DNA of 64,000 bases from NCBI GenBank assembly GCA_963811105.1, contig CAWEPZ010000013.1, positions 128,001 through 192,000 of the forward strand, given 5' to 3'. This document shows positions 28,916-39,032 of the stretch, piece by piece. Positions within the stretch are counted from its first letter, which is position 1; every line of letters starts with the position of its first letter. The DNA is from Candidatus Bathyarchaeota archaeon (GTDB lineage Archaea; Thermoproteota; Bathyarchaeia; Bathyarchaeales; Bathycorpusculaceae). Position numbers and translations under genes: made by a program. The notes beneath the pieces were generated by a model, which saw nothing but the letters and a program-made list of their open reading frames with translations, did not search any database and was not told the DNA's origin.

Positions 28916-31258
28916 TCAGCTTGTTAGGACGGGTTCAGAGGGTGTTGTGCCGTTTATCCACGTCCACCCTGCATAGATATTTGTATTCAGGTTTAGCGAA
29001 TTCTGCCAGAGCGTATTGCCATCTAAACCCTCTACTACAAAGTAGAGCGTGTTGCCTACTACAGTAGCGGCTGGGCTCATGCCCGTTGAACCTGCTGAAG
29101 GCCCGCTCCATCCTTGCCATGCGCCGTTGAATTGGTTGATGTATATGTTATTATCTGATCCTCTAACTACCAAAGAGTAGCCGGTTCCATTCTGCCATAA
29201 CGCTAGAGTTGGTGATGAGGTAAAGGACCCAGGTATCCATGTCCATCCTGAGAATGTGTTTGTGTCTAGGTTCATTGTACTCTGCCATAACGTGTAATTG
29301 TCGTTTACATTTGTGCTGCTAAAGCCACGTACTACCACGATGAGTTGGTTGCCTTGCATGACGGCTGTGATCTTGTCGCAGGTTAACTCGACGGAGAAGC
29401 CTTGCCAATCATTCCAAGTTTGGGTCTGAAGGTTGTAAACCCTATAGTAGATGGAGTTGTCCGTCGCACGTACAATCAAAGTGAGTGCTGTACCATTCGA
29501 TGTAAGTGTCGGCGAAGAGGGTGAAGAGCCGCTAAGGATTGTCCATCCTGAAAAGCTATTGTCCGTTAGATTCACTGAGCTGAACCATAAGCTTGAGCCG
29601 TCCGTTCCTCGGACCACGAAATATAGTTGGTCGGAAGCACGAACTGCTGCTGGACTGTCCATTGTAGATCCGCTTGGCAAACCATTCAAGTTGTTCCATG
29701 ACTTTGTGGAGAAGTTGTATGTGCGATAATAGATGACGTTGTCACCTCCGCGAACTGCAAGATAACTTGTATCTTGTGGGTTGATCGAGAAAGTTACACT
29801 GACTGTGGTTGGTCCGGTAATTGTTAGTCCTAAATTTGTGACTGCGCCTTCATCGATAGTTCCGTTTACTACGACGTCAGCGACGTTGTAGCCTGGATCG
29901 GGAGTAAACACAAAGTTCTCAACTGAACCGGAAGGGACAGCGCCGGAGGCAATGTTCGATTGGCCATTGGGACTCACGTTTACCGTTAAATCAACTGTTT
30001 TGATTGCGAAGGTTACGTTAACGGTGGTTGGTCCGGTAATTGTTAGTCCTAAATTTGTGACTGCGCCTTCATCGATAGTTCCGTTAACTACGACGTCAGC
30101 GACGTAGTAGCCTGGATCGGGAGTAAACACAAAGTTCTCAACTGAACCAAGAACGACAGTACTATTGCCAATATTTGATTGACCGTGTGGACCCACATAA
30201 ACCGTCAAATTTGCGCCTAGCTTGAATACTTGGACTAAGCTATTGCCTGGATCTGCTACGTAGATGTTTTGGCTTGAGTCAACAGCTATCGCACCGCCCC
30301 AAGGTGTACTCTGAGCGGTGAAGTAGAATTTGCCGTTACCGCCGTTATTGCCAGCTCCATAGCTGCCGAACGTGGTAATGAAATTGCCGTTCTGATCGAA
30401 TACTTGTACTCGTTCGTTGTTGGTGTCTGTAACGTAAACGTTTCCGCTGCTGTCGATAGCTATCCCATAATTGTAAACGAATTGGCCATTGCCTGAACCG
30501 AAGCTTCCGAAGGTTTTAAGGTAGACTCCGCTTGGGCTGAAAATCTCCACTCTGCTATTCGCATCATCTGTGACATACACATATCCTGTTGAGTTAATAG
30601 CTACTCCTGCGGGATGAGTGAATTTGCCTGGATTAGTGCCAGAGCCTCCAAACCATTTAACGAAGGTGCCATTTGCTTGGAATATGTCAACTCGATTGTT
30701 GTATGTATTTGCTATAAAGACGTATCCTGTTGCGTTAACTGCGATTCCAGTTGGATTATTGAACGAGCCGTTTGTAGAACCAAATTCGCCAAATTTGAAT
30801 AAGAAGTTGCCGCTGGCATCGTATACCATGACACGATGGTTGGGATAGTAGTCGAAGACATATACAGTTCCATTGTTTGGGTTAATACCTATACCGTAAG
30901 GATTTCCAAAATCGTAGTCGCCGTGAGTTCCAGTGTCTTGTTGGCCCCATTTATTCAGATAATTGCCACTTGTATCGAATACTTGAATGCGATAGTTATT
31001 GGTGTCTACCACGTAGAGGTATCCGTTGTATGGGCTTAGGGCAATTCCATATGGATTGTGAAGATACCCGTTGCCGTTACCAATTGGGGTGCCCCACTGT
31101 TTAAAAAACGCGTAGGTTGTAGCTTGCGCAAGTGCTGTAAACGTTGCAGAAAGCAGAAGCAGCACAAAGGCCAAAGCAATGATGCTTTTTCCTTTATGAT
31201 TCCCGCTGTTGTTTTTCCGCAGATTATTCGTTTTTACTAATTTCCTTAATATGTTCAT
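28916..31258 (-). CDS. Secreted NHL-repeat protein + two B-repeat-like Ig domains + lectin-like (PLL/DUF346-type) beta-propeller
   Basis: P.GIA....VYV.D..N.R.QVFD NHL repeats; duplicated FTPDPGY.VADVVVNG; VVRG.D..W.GW repeats. Confidence 0.88.
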   Translation of the reverse strand: MNILRKLVKTNNLRKNNSGNHKGKSIIALAFVLLLLSATFTALAQATTYAFFKQWGTPIGNGNGYLHNPYGIALSPYNGYLYVVDTNNYRIQVFDTSGNYLNKWGQQDTGTHGDYDFGNPYGIGINPNNGTVYVFDYYPNHRVMVYDASGNFLFKFGEFGSTNGSFNNPTGIAVNATGYVFIANTYNNRVDIFQANGTFVKWFGGSGTNPGKFTHPAGVAINSTGYVYVTDDANSRVEIFSPSGVYLKTFGSFGSGNGQFVYNYGIAIDSSGNVYVTDTNNERVQVFDQNGNFITTFGSYGAGNNGGNGKFYFTAQSTPWGGAIAVDSSQNIYVADPGNSLVQVFKLGANLTVYVGPHGQSNIGNSTVVLGSVENFVFTPDPGYYVADVVVNGTIDEGAVTNLGLTITGPTTVNVTFAIKTVDLTVNVSPNGQSNIASGAVPSGSVENFVFTPDPGYNVADVVVNGTIDEGAVTNLGLTITGPTTVSVTFSINPQDTSYLAVRGGDNVIYYRTYNFSTKSWNNLNGLPSGSTMDSPAAVRASDQLYFVVRGTDGSSLWFSSVNLTDNSFSGWTILSGSSPSSPTLTSNGTALTLIVRATDNSIYYRVYNLQTQTWNDWQGFSVELTCDKITAVMQGNQLIVVVRGFSSTNVNDNYTLWQSTMNLDTNTFSGWTWIPGSFTSSPTLALWQNGTGYSLVVRGSDNNIYINQFNGAWQGWSGPSAGSTGMSPAATVVGNTLYFVVEGLDGNTLWQNSLNLNTNIYAGWTWINGTTPSEPVLTS
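29790..30150. repeat. Intragenic near-identical direct repeat, 219-bp period
   Basis: GGTCCGGTAATTGTTAGTCCTAAATTTGTGACTGCGCCTTCATCGATAGTTCCGTT starts at 29811 and at 30030. Confidence 0.9.
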
Positions 31259-31619
31259 TTTCTTTATCTCATATTTTTCAAGTTTATCTAAAACATTTTT
31301 AGAAAAAATCTTTCCAGGAAGAATTTAAGCCTGTGTGGGTACTTGGGAGGTAATTGAGGTGCTGATTAAACTTTTCGATTGCCTGACTAAGGGGGGCGTC
31401 TTTTAACGTGTCAAACACGCTTACCATTTCTAACACTCTCAGTTCATGTAAGAAACAAGCATTATATAAAATCTACTAATGACCAATGCGTGTTTGGTTT
31501 CCTAGGTGAGGCTGAAGCAATTTTAACTCCTTGATTCTTGTTTGGGTCTTTGGGTCTAACAGAGAGAGTAAGAGAGTGAGTGAGTGTCCTTCTCAACTCC
31601 ATGTCTAACAAGTTCATCA

Positions 31620-31790
31620 ACCGTTGCAATCAGAACATTTGCCGTCAATTGGACCTCCATAGACTACACCGTTCACAACATCAGCAGATGACCAGACACC
31701 TTGGCAAGTGGTGTAGTTCCAGAGTTTGGCGCCGTTGACAGCATTCAAAGTATAAACATTGCTTCAGGCGCTGATGAAATAGACGATAGG
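31620..31790 (-). pseudogene. Orphan PQQ-type propeller repeat fragment
   Basis: SNVYTLNAVNGAKLWNYTTCQGVWSSADVVNGVVYGGPIDGK; lies downstream of the stop of the neighbouring PQQ gene. Confidence 0.6.
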
Positions 31791-31847
31791 CTTTGTCTGC
31801 TGAAAGAATGTTGTAGCTTATTCTTAGGCAGCGCTTTTTGGAGCCAT

Positions 31848-34800
31848 TTATGGACTGGCATAATTGATTGCTGCTACTGCGCCTTTAGCTCTTGGACTGG
31901 GATCCCTAAAGATTACTGCAGGTGAAGATGTATAGCCACTGCCTGCATTAGTGAGCACTACCGAATATGACACCTTGAGACACGCGTGCTGTTGCGTGGC
32001 TCCTGTTCTCGCCACAACAAAAGAACATGAGGTGTAGTATACAGACCCCAGATGAAATACTGAAGCCGTAAGAGAATAGAAACAGGCAAAAAAACAGTAA
32101 ATTGAGCCACATAGACTTTTCGTCGGCATGCAGGCGAGAAAAGACGGTGTTGCTTGTTGTGTAGCTCCACAAGAAAGCGCTGTTTGTGGCATCTAAACAA
32201 TAAATCTTGCCATCCCCTGAGCCTAGTAGACTTTTCTGTCGGCGACTGCGGGAGAAGAGCGAACTGGACTGCCTGTTGTATAACTCCAGATAAAGGCGCC
32301 AGAATTAGCATCTAAACAGTAAACCTTTTTGTCCGTTGAGCCTACGTAGACTTTTCCGTTTACAACTGCAGGAGAAGAATCAACAGTGTTGCCTGTTGTG
32401 TAACTCCAGATAAAGGCACCAGTGGCGGCGTTTAGAGCATAAACTTTATCGTCAACTGAGCCTACGTAGACTTTTCCGTAGGCAACTGCAGGAGAAGAGT
32501 AGACATAGTTGCCTGTTGTGTAGCTCCATATGAAGGCAACAGAATTAGCATCCAAACAGTAAACCTTGTTGTCGTAGGAACTCACGTAGACTTTGCCATC
32601 TAGCGATCGCTGGAGAAGAACGGATAGAGTCGCCTGTTGTGTAACTCCATATGAAGGCACCGTTGATTGCATTCAGACAGTAGACTTTGTTGTCCCATGA
32701 TCGAACGTAGACTTTACCGTCGGCAACAGCAGGAGAAGACCGAAATCCAGTTGCCTGTTGTGTAACTACATATGAAAGCGCCAGAATTAGCATCCAAACA
32801 GTAAACCTTGTTGTCGTAGGAACCTACGTAGACTTTGCCATCTGCGATCGCAGGAGAAGACAAACCGCTCCGCCTGTTGTGTAACTCCAGAGGAGCGCAC
32901 AGAAGTGGCATTCAAACAATAAACATTATTGTCGTTAGATCCCACGTATAGTTTGCCTTTGACAACTGCAGACGAAGAACCATAAGTGTTGCCTGTTGTG
33001 TACATCCATAGGGTGCTGTTGGTGTTTGGCGCTGTAGAGGTGGAGTAAGCGGTATGCTGCAGGTCATGGCGAAACATCGACCAGTAGTCGCTCGAGGCGG
33101 TCGAACTCAAAGTGAACTGTCCAACCCCCGAGTTTTCTCTGGCGAGCTTTACAACGATATAGAATTGCCCTGAAAGGGAAGGAGTATAGGTTATGTTCTC
33201 GAAGCCTCCGGTCGTGGCGGTTGTGCTTTTAGCAACTATAACGGGTTCACCGTAAGCGTTTCCTGTCGTATTGTAAAGGTACAGGTCGTAGTCCGCACCA
33301 GATGGAACACTAAGCGAAAAATTGTATTGAGCGCCCAGCAGCAAGCTGAACGTACCTAGCCCAAGCAAGTCTCTGACCTAGAACAGCTATATTCGTTAAG
33401 GTCGGCGGATTGCCCAAGCTCTCAGAAACGACAGTTCCGATCTGATACGATTTCAGAACAGCTTCCGCCGCTGCATCAACGTTCAGACGCCCATACTCTT
33501 CATGCACATCTTTCCCTCCACGATCAAGAGTTGGACTATAAGCTGAAGAGGGTTCTCGGAGATTCGGATAGGTCTCGGTAGCGGTCATCAAAAGAATAGT
33601 TTTGGGCATAAGAGCTCGGCTTCGAGTGTAGCTCCATGCGTTGTATCCCCCCATAGCTTGAACGATTATTTGTTCAGCACTCGCCACCATTGGCGCGGCC
33701 ATAGATGTTCCCTGCATTGGAGCTGAATCATTAACTTGAATTTCAGTGAATCCTCCTTCTGCATCGTTAGTGTTTGAGTCTGCACTAAAAAGCGGTACAC
33801 CTAAGAAGCTGCCTCCTGGAGCAGTAATATCAGGCTTTACCGTGTAACCTGTGCTATGTGAAGTTCCGCCTTGGCCGCTATAACTGGCTATAGAATCGAA
33901 TTGGTTCATCGCCGCACTGTGGTAACCTCATCAACTGAACCAGGCGTGTAAATGTAATTGCCGCCTGACCCGCTGTTACCTGCTGATACGACGGTAGCTA
34001 CTCCACTGTTTACGAGGTTGACCACGGCTGAGTCCATTGATGATTGTTCACTAGTGGAGCTTATGCTCATGCTGGCCACGGTTATATGGTAAGCAATTCT
34101 GTTCGCTATAACCCAGTTGATGCCGCTAATAAGTTGCGCACTTGTTCCTGAGCCTGCGTTATTAAGAACTTTGACTCCGACGAGTTTAGATTGGGGTGAC
34201 ATTCCAGTCCATGCTGAAAAGCCATCCGCTGGGGGCGTGTACGGCCAAGACATGTTAAACGCGACGTAGAGATTTCCCGTTCCAGATGTTACGTTTACTT
34301 CAGGGTGGTACATATCATAGCCGCCCGTTGGAGTCGAGGGTACAGTGTAAGTTAGGGTGTACCATGTGTTGGGATTGTTCGTGTTCACGCTAGCTACTTG
34401 CACTCCACGAGCCGGTGATGGTTTTGTCGCTATAATATAGCGGTATTGCATTGAGTCTTGCTGTACCTGTACTTGACCATTTCACACTTAGATTTATGTT
34501 GCCTGTCTTATTCACCATCATGCCCGTAATTAGCCAAGCTACCCGTAGGGGTTCCACAAGATTGGCACCCCAAGTGGCGATGGCGTTGCCAGAAGAGTCT
34601 TACTGAAGAAACCATCCCCTGCTGCAAGTGCCAGCAGTATGTGACCCGTGACCGTTATCATCAACCGGAGAAGTTGTGAATGTTACTTGGTCGTTCCACC
34701 CGACTATCTTTTTTTGGAAGTTTTGATCTCCGTAACCAGGCGCAAAATCAGGGTGCGACCCATCTATTCCTGTATCCAGTATTGCAATTGTCGAGTTTTT

Positions 34801-35322
34801 GTCTCCTTGAAGTCCCAGATTGTTCCATACATATGTTCTCGCGCCCACTTGTTTTGTTGCATACGCCAGACTGCTAGTGAAGTTTGCCCCTTTTTCAATC
34901 AGTAGCAGATCTGGGCACTGCTCGGCGAAAGCAGTTATTTCATTGTAGGGTATTCGGCCGCCAAATCCGTAGAGCGCGTAAGTCCAAGGTGTTGTGGTTA
35001 AGGTTCCACCGTTTGAGGCGAATGTGTTCGTGTCGCTTGCTGTTGGTTGGGTTTTTAGCATAACTATTACATCTACGTATTCTTGAGACAGATCGTCTGT
35101 GCTTCTTCGTGTGATAATTTCCTGATCTAGGTTGTCTGCGATTCCGTTATGGTTGGTGTCAATGTTTGGAGGAATGTTCATGGTCGGAATAAAATTTGGC
35201 GCAGAATCAACAATATCTGAAGAAGATAGGTTAGAAGTTGAGTCTGAGAAGACATTCTGAATTGGAAAAATAGTCAATAGAAGGATTCCCAAAATTAGCG
35301 ATACTATTAATTTTCGTATCAA
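31848..35322 (-). pseudogene. Secreted S8 subtilase + PPC-like + PQQ beta-propeller + shared C-terminal domain, multiply frameshifted
   Basis: Catalytic triad motifs AILDTGID, HGSHTAG, GTSMAAP in separate ORFs; DYDLYLY; SSPAVADGKVYVGS.D.KVYCLDA repeats; ends ...[19 protein letters not shown]. Confidence 0.88.
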
Positions 35323-35626
35323 GGAAATCGCCAGTGTCCTGATCTATTGTATTTTATTTATAAGGTTTTGCATGACTCTGTAAATGTAGTTGTTTTGATT
35401 TGTTGCTGAATATTTTAACTTGGCGAAGGGGCTTGACAACTATCAGTAAAGATATTTCCAATGAACGTAAAAGGTTAGAGCACATCTTCAGAAAAATTAC
35501 TTACCTCTTCAACATATGTACTAAGTAATGGACTTTGAGATAACCCTAAAGTCGTCTAGTTTGAAAGCTAGTTCTTTGTTGGTAGCATTAACTTGGCTGG
35601 ACTTTTGGATGGATACGGATGGCTCA

Positions 35627-37742
35627 TCATGGACTTGCTTAATTAACGGTTGCTGCTGCTCCTTTTGCTCTTGGGCTGGGTTCTCTTATGATTACTGTTG
35701 GTGAAGATGTGTAGCCGCTGCCTGGATTCGTTAGTACTATTGCTATGATGACGCCTTGGGATACGCGTGCTACTGCTGTGGCTCCTGTTCCTTCGCCTCC
35801 TATCTAGAAAGATGTGTGGGGTTGTATAGCTGGTGCCTCCGGAAGTTACTGTCACTTTATTGAGGGAAATATTTGGCAGTGATGTTGCAGTATTCCAGTA
35901 TGGATTGTATCCGAGTTGTGCGAAAACAAACCAAGAAGTAGCTCCTACGTGTAATCTTGCACTGTAGGTCCAGGTAAACCCTGTAGAAACTAAATCGTGA
36001 GATGCAGCTACCAATCCTTTGCCGTTGGCGTTTTGAGCAGTTTGTTGAGCTTTGGTCAACTCGGAGAGAAACAAATTGGCGCCGGTAACATTCTTAGCCA
36101 TTTGGTATGCAGCAACCATGTGAGCTGTGCCTTCAAACCAGATACCATCTCTGTCGTTGTTGAAGTCAAATCCTTTGAACTCATCCGTCTGCAAATAGCA
36201 GTTGCGTTCGACCCACGTTAAGCCTTGTCCATACTTTGGCAAGTTTCCTAAAGCTAAAAGTCCCCAGGCTTGAATATCAGCGGGAATATTGGCCGTGTTC
36301 AAAGTAGTCCCATCTTCGGTTGTCCCTGTCCAAAAGTGACCACTTGCACCATCCCACATGGCTTCCACAAAGGTTTTTGCGTACAGAGCTCTTTCGCCCC
36401 ATGCTGATTGTCCGGTCAATTCGTAGAGTCTAAGGAAAGCAACGTAACAATCGATGTTGTGCTCTGTGGATTTCCATAATAGTTTTGTTTGGCCTTGAGG
36501 ATTGTTGACTGTTTGTTCCCATCCCTCATAGCCTCCTGTAAATCCTCCTGCGCCTCTTTGGTCTCTGCAATTAGTTTCAATCCATAGTCCCAACTTAACA
36601 GAAGTATTAAGGTACTTGCTGTTGTTAGTTTGTTCGTACAAAGAGAGAAGCGCTAATATTGACCACGCCATGTTGCCTGTATCTGTTCCAACAAACGATT
36701 TATCTTCAAACCAAAAGCCTTGAGAATCCCACCATCCTGAAGCTCTCGCTGTGTTAGTTTTTCCGTTAGGAGTCCAGCCTGGAAACAGTTTCAGATCGCC
36801 TCCTTGGTATGCGTTGCGTAGGCGTCCATCAGTAAAGAAGCGGTCGTTGTTTGCGGCGTAGACTAGCGCATCTCCAATCAATCGGGCATTGTTTACGTTA
36901 TCTTGTGTGGGGCTGGATAAGAATGCGAGTAAGGCCAAGGCGTTATCGTAAATGAAGGCTGTGTTTTTGAGAACTGGTTCGTCTGTGGGTAGAAGCTCAT
37001 AGCTGACCATCAATCTTGGATCATTTAAAAGTGATTTATCGTAGCTAATATCATCTAAGTAGAAGGTTATTGGTAGGTTACTGTTTTGTATTGCATTAGT
37101 TGCCCATCCAAAACCTCCTAGAACATAACTCAGGTCTCGTCCTGCCAGAGATAGCGTGTATTTTGTCCACGTCGTAGTTAGAGTTTTGAATCCTAGAGAT
37201 GTTTTGGGTGAGGAATCAGGAAAAGCAGCAATGGGCAATCCTGTGTTTGCGTCCCGCCCTACTCCGAAAGCAAAGAATTCCACGCTTTCGCCTCCGTTTT
37301 GTCCCTTTGCGTAGAAAGTTAGTGTCGTGGCGCCTGTGAGATTAAATCCGGCGTTTGGGTATATTCCCCAGTTTGCTTTCGGTTGTGTTTCGTCTCCCTG
37401 CAAAACTCCATTCATAAGGTACCAACCGCCCCAGCTTGTGCCTATGCCTGTAAACTTGTTTTCTATGCAAGTAGTTCCTCGATACGGATTGGTGACGCAA
37501 TTCAAGTTAATCTCTACGTCGTTTTCCATCTTGGCTGGAAGAACAAAGTGGTTTCCAGCAGCTGAAGAATCTGTGTAAACATCAAAACTAGTGTGATACT
37601 TATCCAATACTTCTTTTAAGTATTCTAATGCGGGCACAGAACCTGTGTCAGCTTTTACACTTTGCAAATGTGAGATGAATACTGGAGAAATAAGAATAAG
37701 TGACAAGAAAACAATTAAGAAAATAGATGAATATTTTTTCAA
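35627..37742 (-). CDS. Secreted CBM-like + (alpha/alpha)6-barrel glycosidase-like protein + shared C-terminal domain (frameshifted)
   Basis: [21 protein letters not shown] domain; [27 protein letters not shown] motifs; a 1-nt insertion near 35804 hides [18 protein letters not shown]...[18 protein letters not shown]. Confidence 0.8.
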
Positions 37743-38078
37743 TTTCGCCTCTCCTATTGTTAAATTTGAGTTCTAGATATATATAAAAATTCTTAAGACA
37801 TATTAGACTGGGAAGCAAAGACTCTTGTATTGGAATTTTCGGTGGCTTTGGACAGGTTTGTGAGGTTTTTCTCTGTATTTACGTTTGGTTTAGGGTTTAA
37901 CTGTTTTTCTTTTTTGAGTTAGTTTGTAATGCTTAATTGTTTCAATTATTGCAGAGAATGGGTTGCAATTGGACAGCAGCAACAACTTCTTTCTTCTTCT
38001 GTTGATTTGGGTTATCATCGGTGTCAACATTAGCAAGTTTTAAAATGGTCTATCGTCACACTGAATAGTGGTGGGATA

Positions 38079-38325
38079 ATGGATCAAATTACTCTCAAAG
38101 TAGATTCAAAGGGCAGACTGTACATTCCAGCAGAAATCAGAGAAGAAATCGGAAACGCCGCTACCCTAAAAAAAAACTTCCGAAGGCTACCTTTTAGTCC
38201 CAGGCAAACAAGAGGATTTTTTGAAAGAATTCGAGAGAGTAGTTACATCAAAACATGGAAGGACAGGAAAACCGGAAAATTGGTCCCCTGAAAAAATGAA
38301 GTCAATGTGGAGCCAAACTAAATGA
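38079..38325 (+). pseudogene. AbrB/MazE-type antitoxin (VapB-like), frameshifted in a poly-A run
   Basis: LKVDSKGRLYIPAEIRE; shift at the A-run near 38168-38176 into TSEGYLLVPGKQEDFLKEF...; ATGA overlap with the toxin. Confidence 0.8.
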
Positions 38326-38757
38326 TCATAGGCTTAGACGCCAACATCATCTGTTATGCCTTGGACGAAGAATACCCCGAAAATAAAAAAGCCGGCAAAT
38401 TGATTCTTAACTTATCTACTGAAAACAAAATTGCCCTAAACCCAACAACCCTCTATGAAACGTACCATACTCTTGTTTTTGGGCAGAAATAGATTCCGCA
38501 AGACGCGGTTAAGACGTTAAAAATGTTGCTAAAGCATCCCTTACATTGAATTCTTTAATCAAACAATGAAAAACAGCATTATTGCCTTAAACTTATCAGT
38601 TCAGCTTGGGCTAGAGGGAAGAGACGCGCTCATAATAGCCAATTTTTTAGCAAACAAGATCCCTACGATGTATACTCATGATAGAGAACTTGTGAAGCTT
38701 GAGAAAATTTCATGGAAAAACTCCCATCTTACCCTCGAAAACCCTCTAATCAAGTAA
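38322..38757 (+). pseudogene. PIN-domain toxin (VapC-like), disrupted
   Basis: IGLDANIICYAL..YETY..; TAG at 38490-38492 and a frameshift near 38540; RDALIIA..MYTHDREL. Confidence 0.85.
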
Positions 38758-39032
38758 ACCACTGATCCTTAATCTTCAGTAAAGCAGATTTTTCGCACAA
38801 AACAACATCAAAATCTAGAGGTTCTAGCGAGGCAAATTTTGCTGACTTTGAGTGTTTAGAATCTCAAGATAAGCTTCTTCGTAAGCCTGTGCAACGACAC
38901 TGCAACGTTCTTTTTGGGCAAGTTTTAGGTTCTGTTTGCACATGTTGGCTGTTGCTTCCTTGTTATTTGAGAATCTTTTGGATCATATCTTTCAACGGCC
39001 TGAAAATAGAGTGTAATATTGTCAATCGATTG

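Noticed and set aside
32200-33000. CRISPR array or DGR suggested by regularly spaced DNA repeats (also 45400-46050 and 61240-62400)
   Set aside because: The repeats are codon-phased protein propeller repeats. There are no unique spacers, cas genes, reverse transcriptase or adenine-specific variation.
17687-37742. Tat pathway as the exporter of the tagged proteins
   Set aside because: tatAC is adjacent, but none of the four N-termini has a clear S/T-R-R-x-F-L-K motif; they look like Sec signals.
817-38492. Stop-codon recoding suggested by in-frame TGA/TAG at probable Trp/Cys positions (859, 1555, 27924, 38490)
   Set aside because: Most of these genes also carry frameshifts, and intact genes end normally in TGA or TAG. 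Point mutation in pseudogenes is the simpler explanation.
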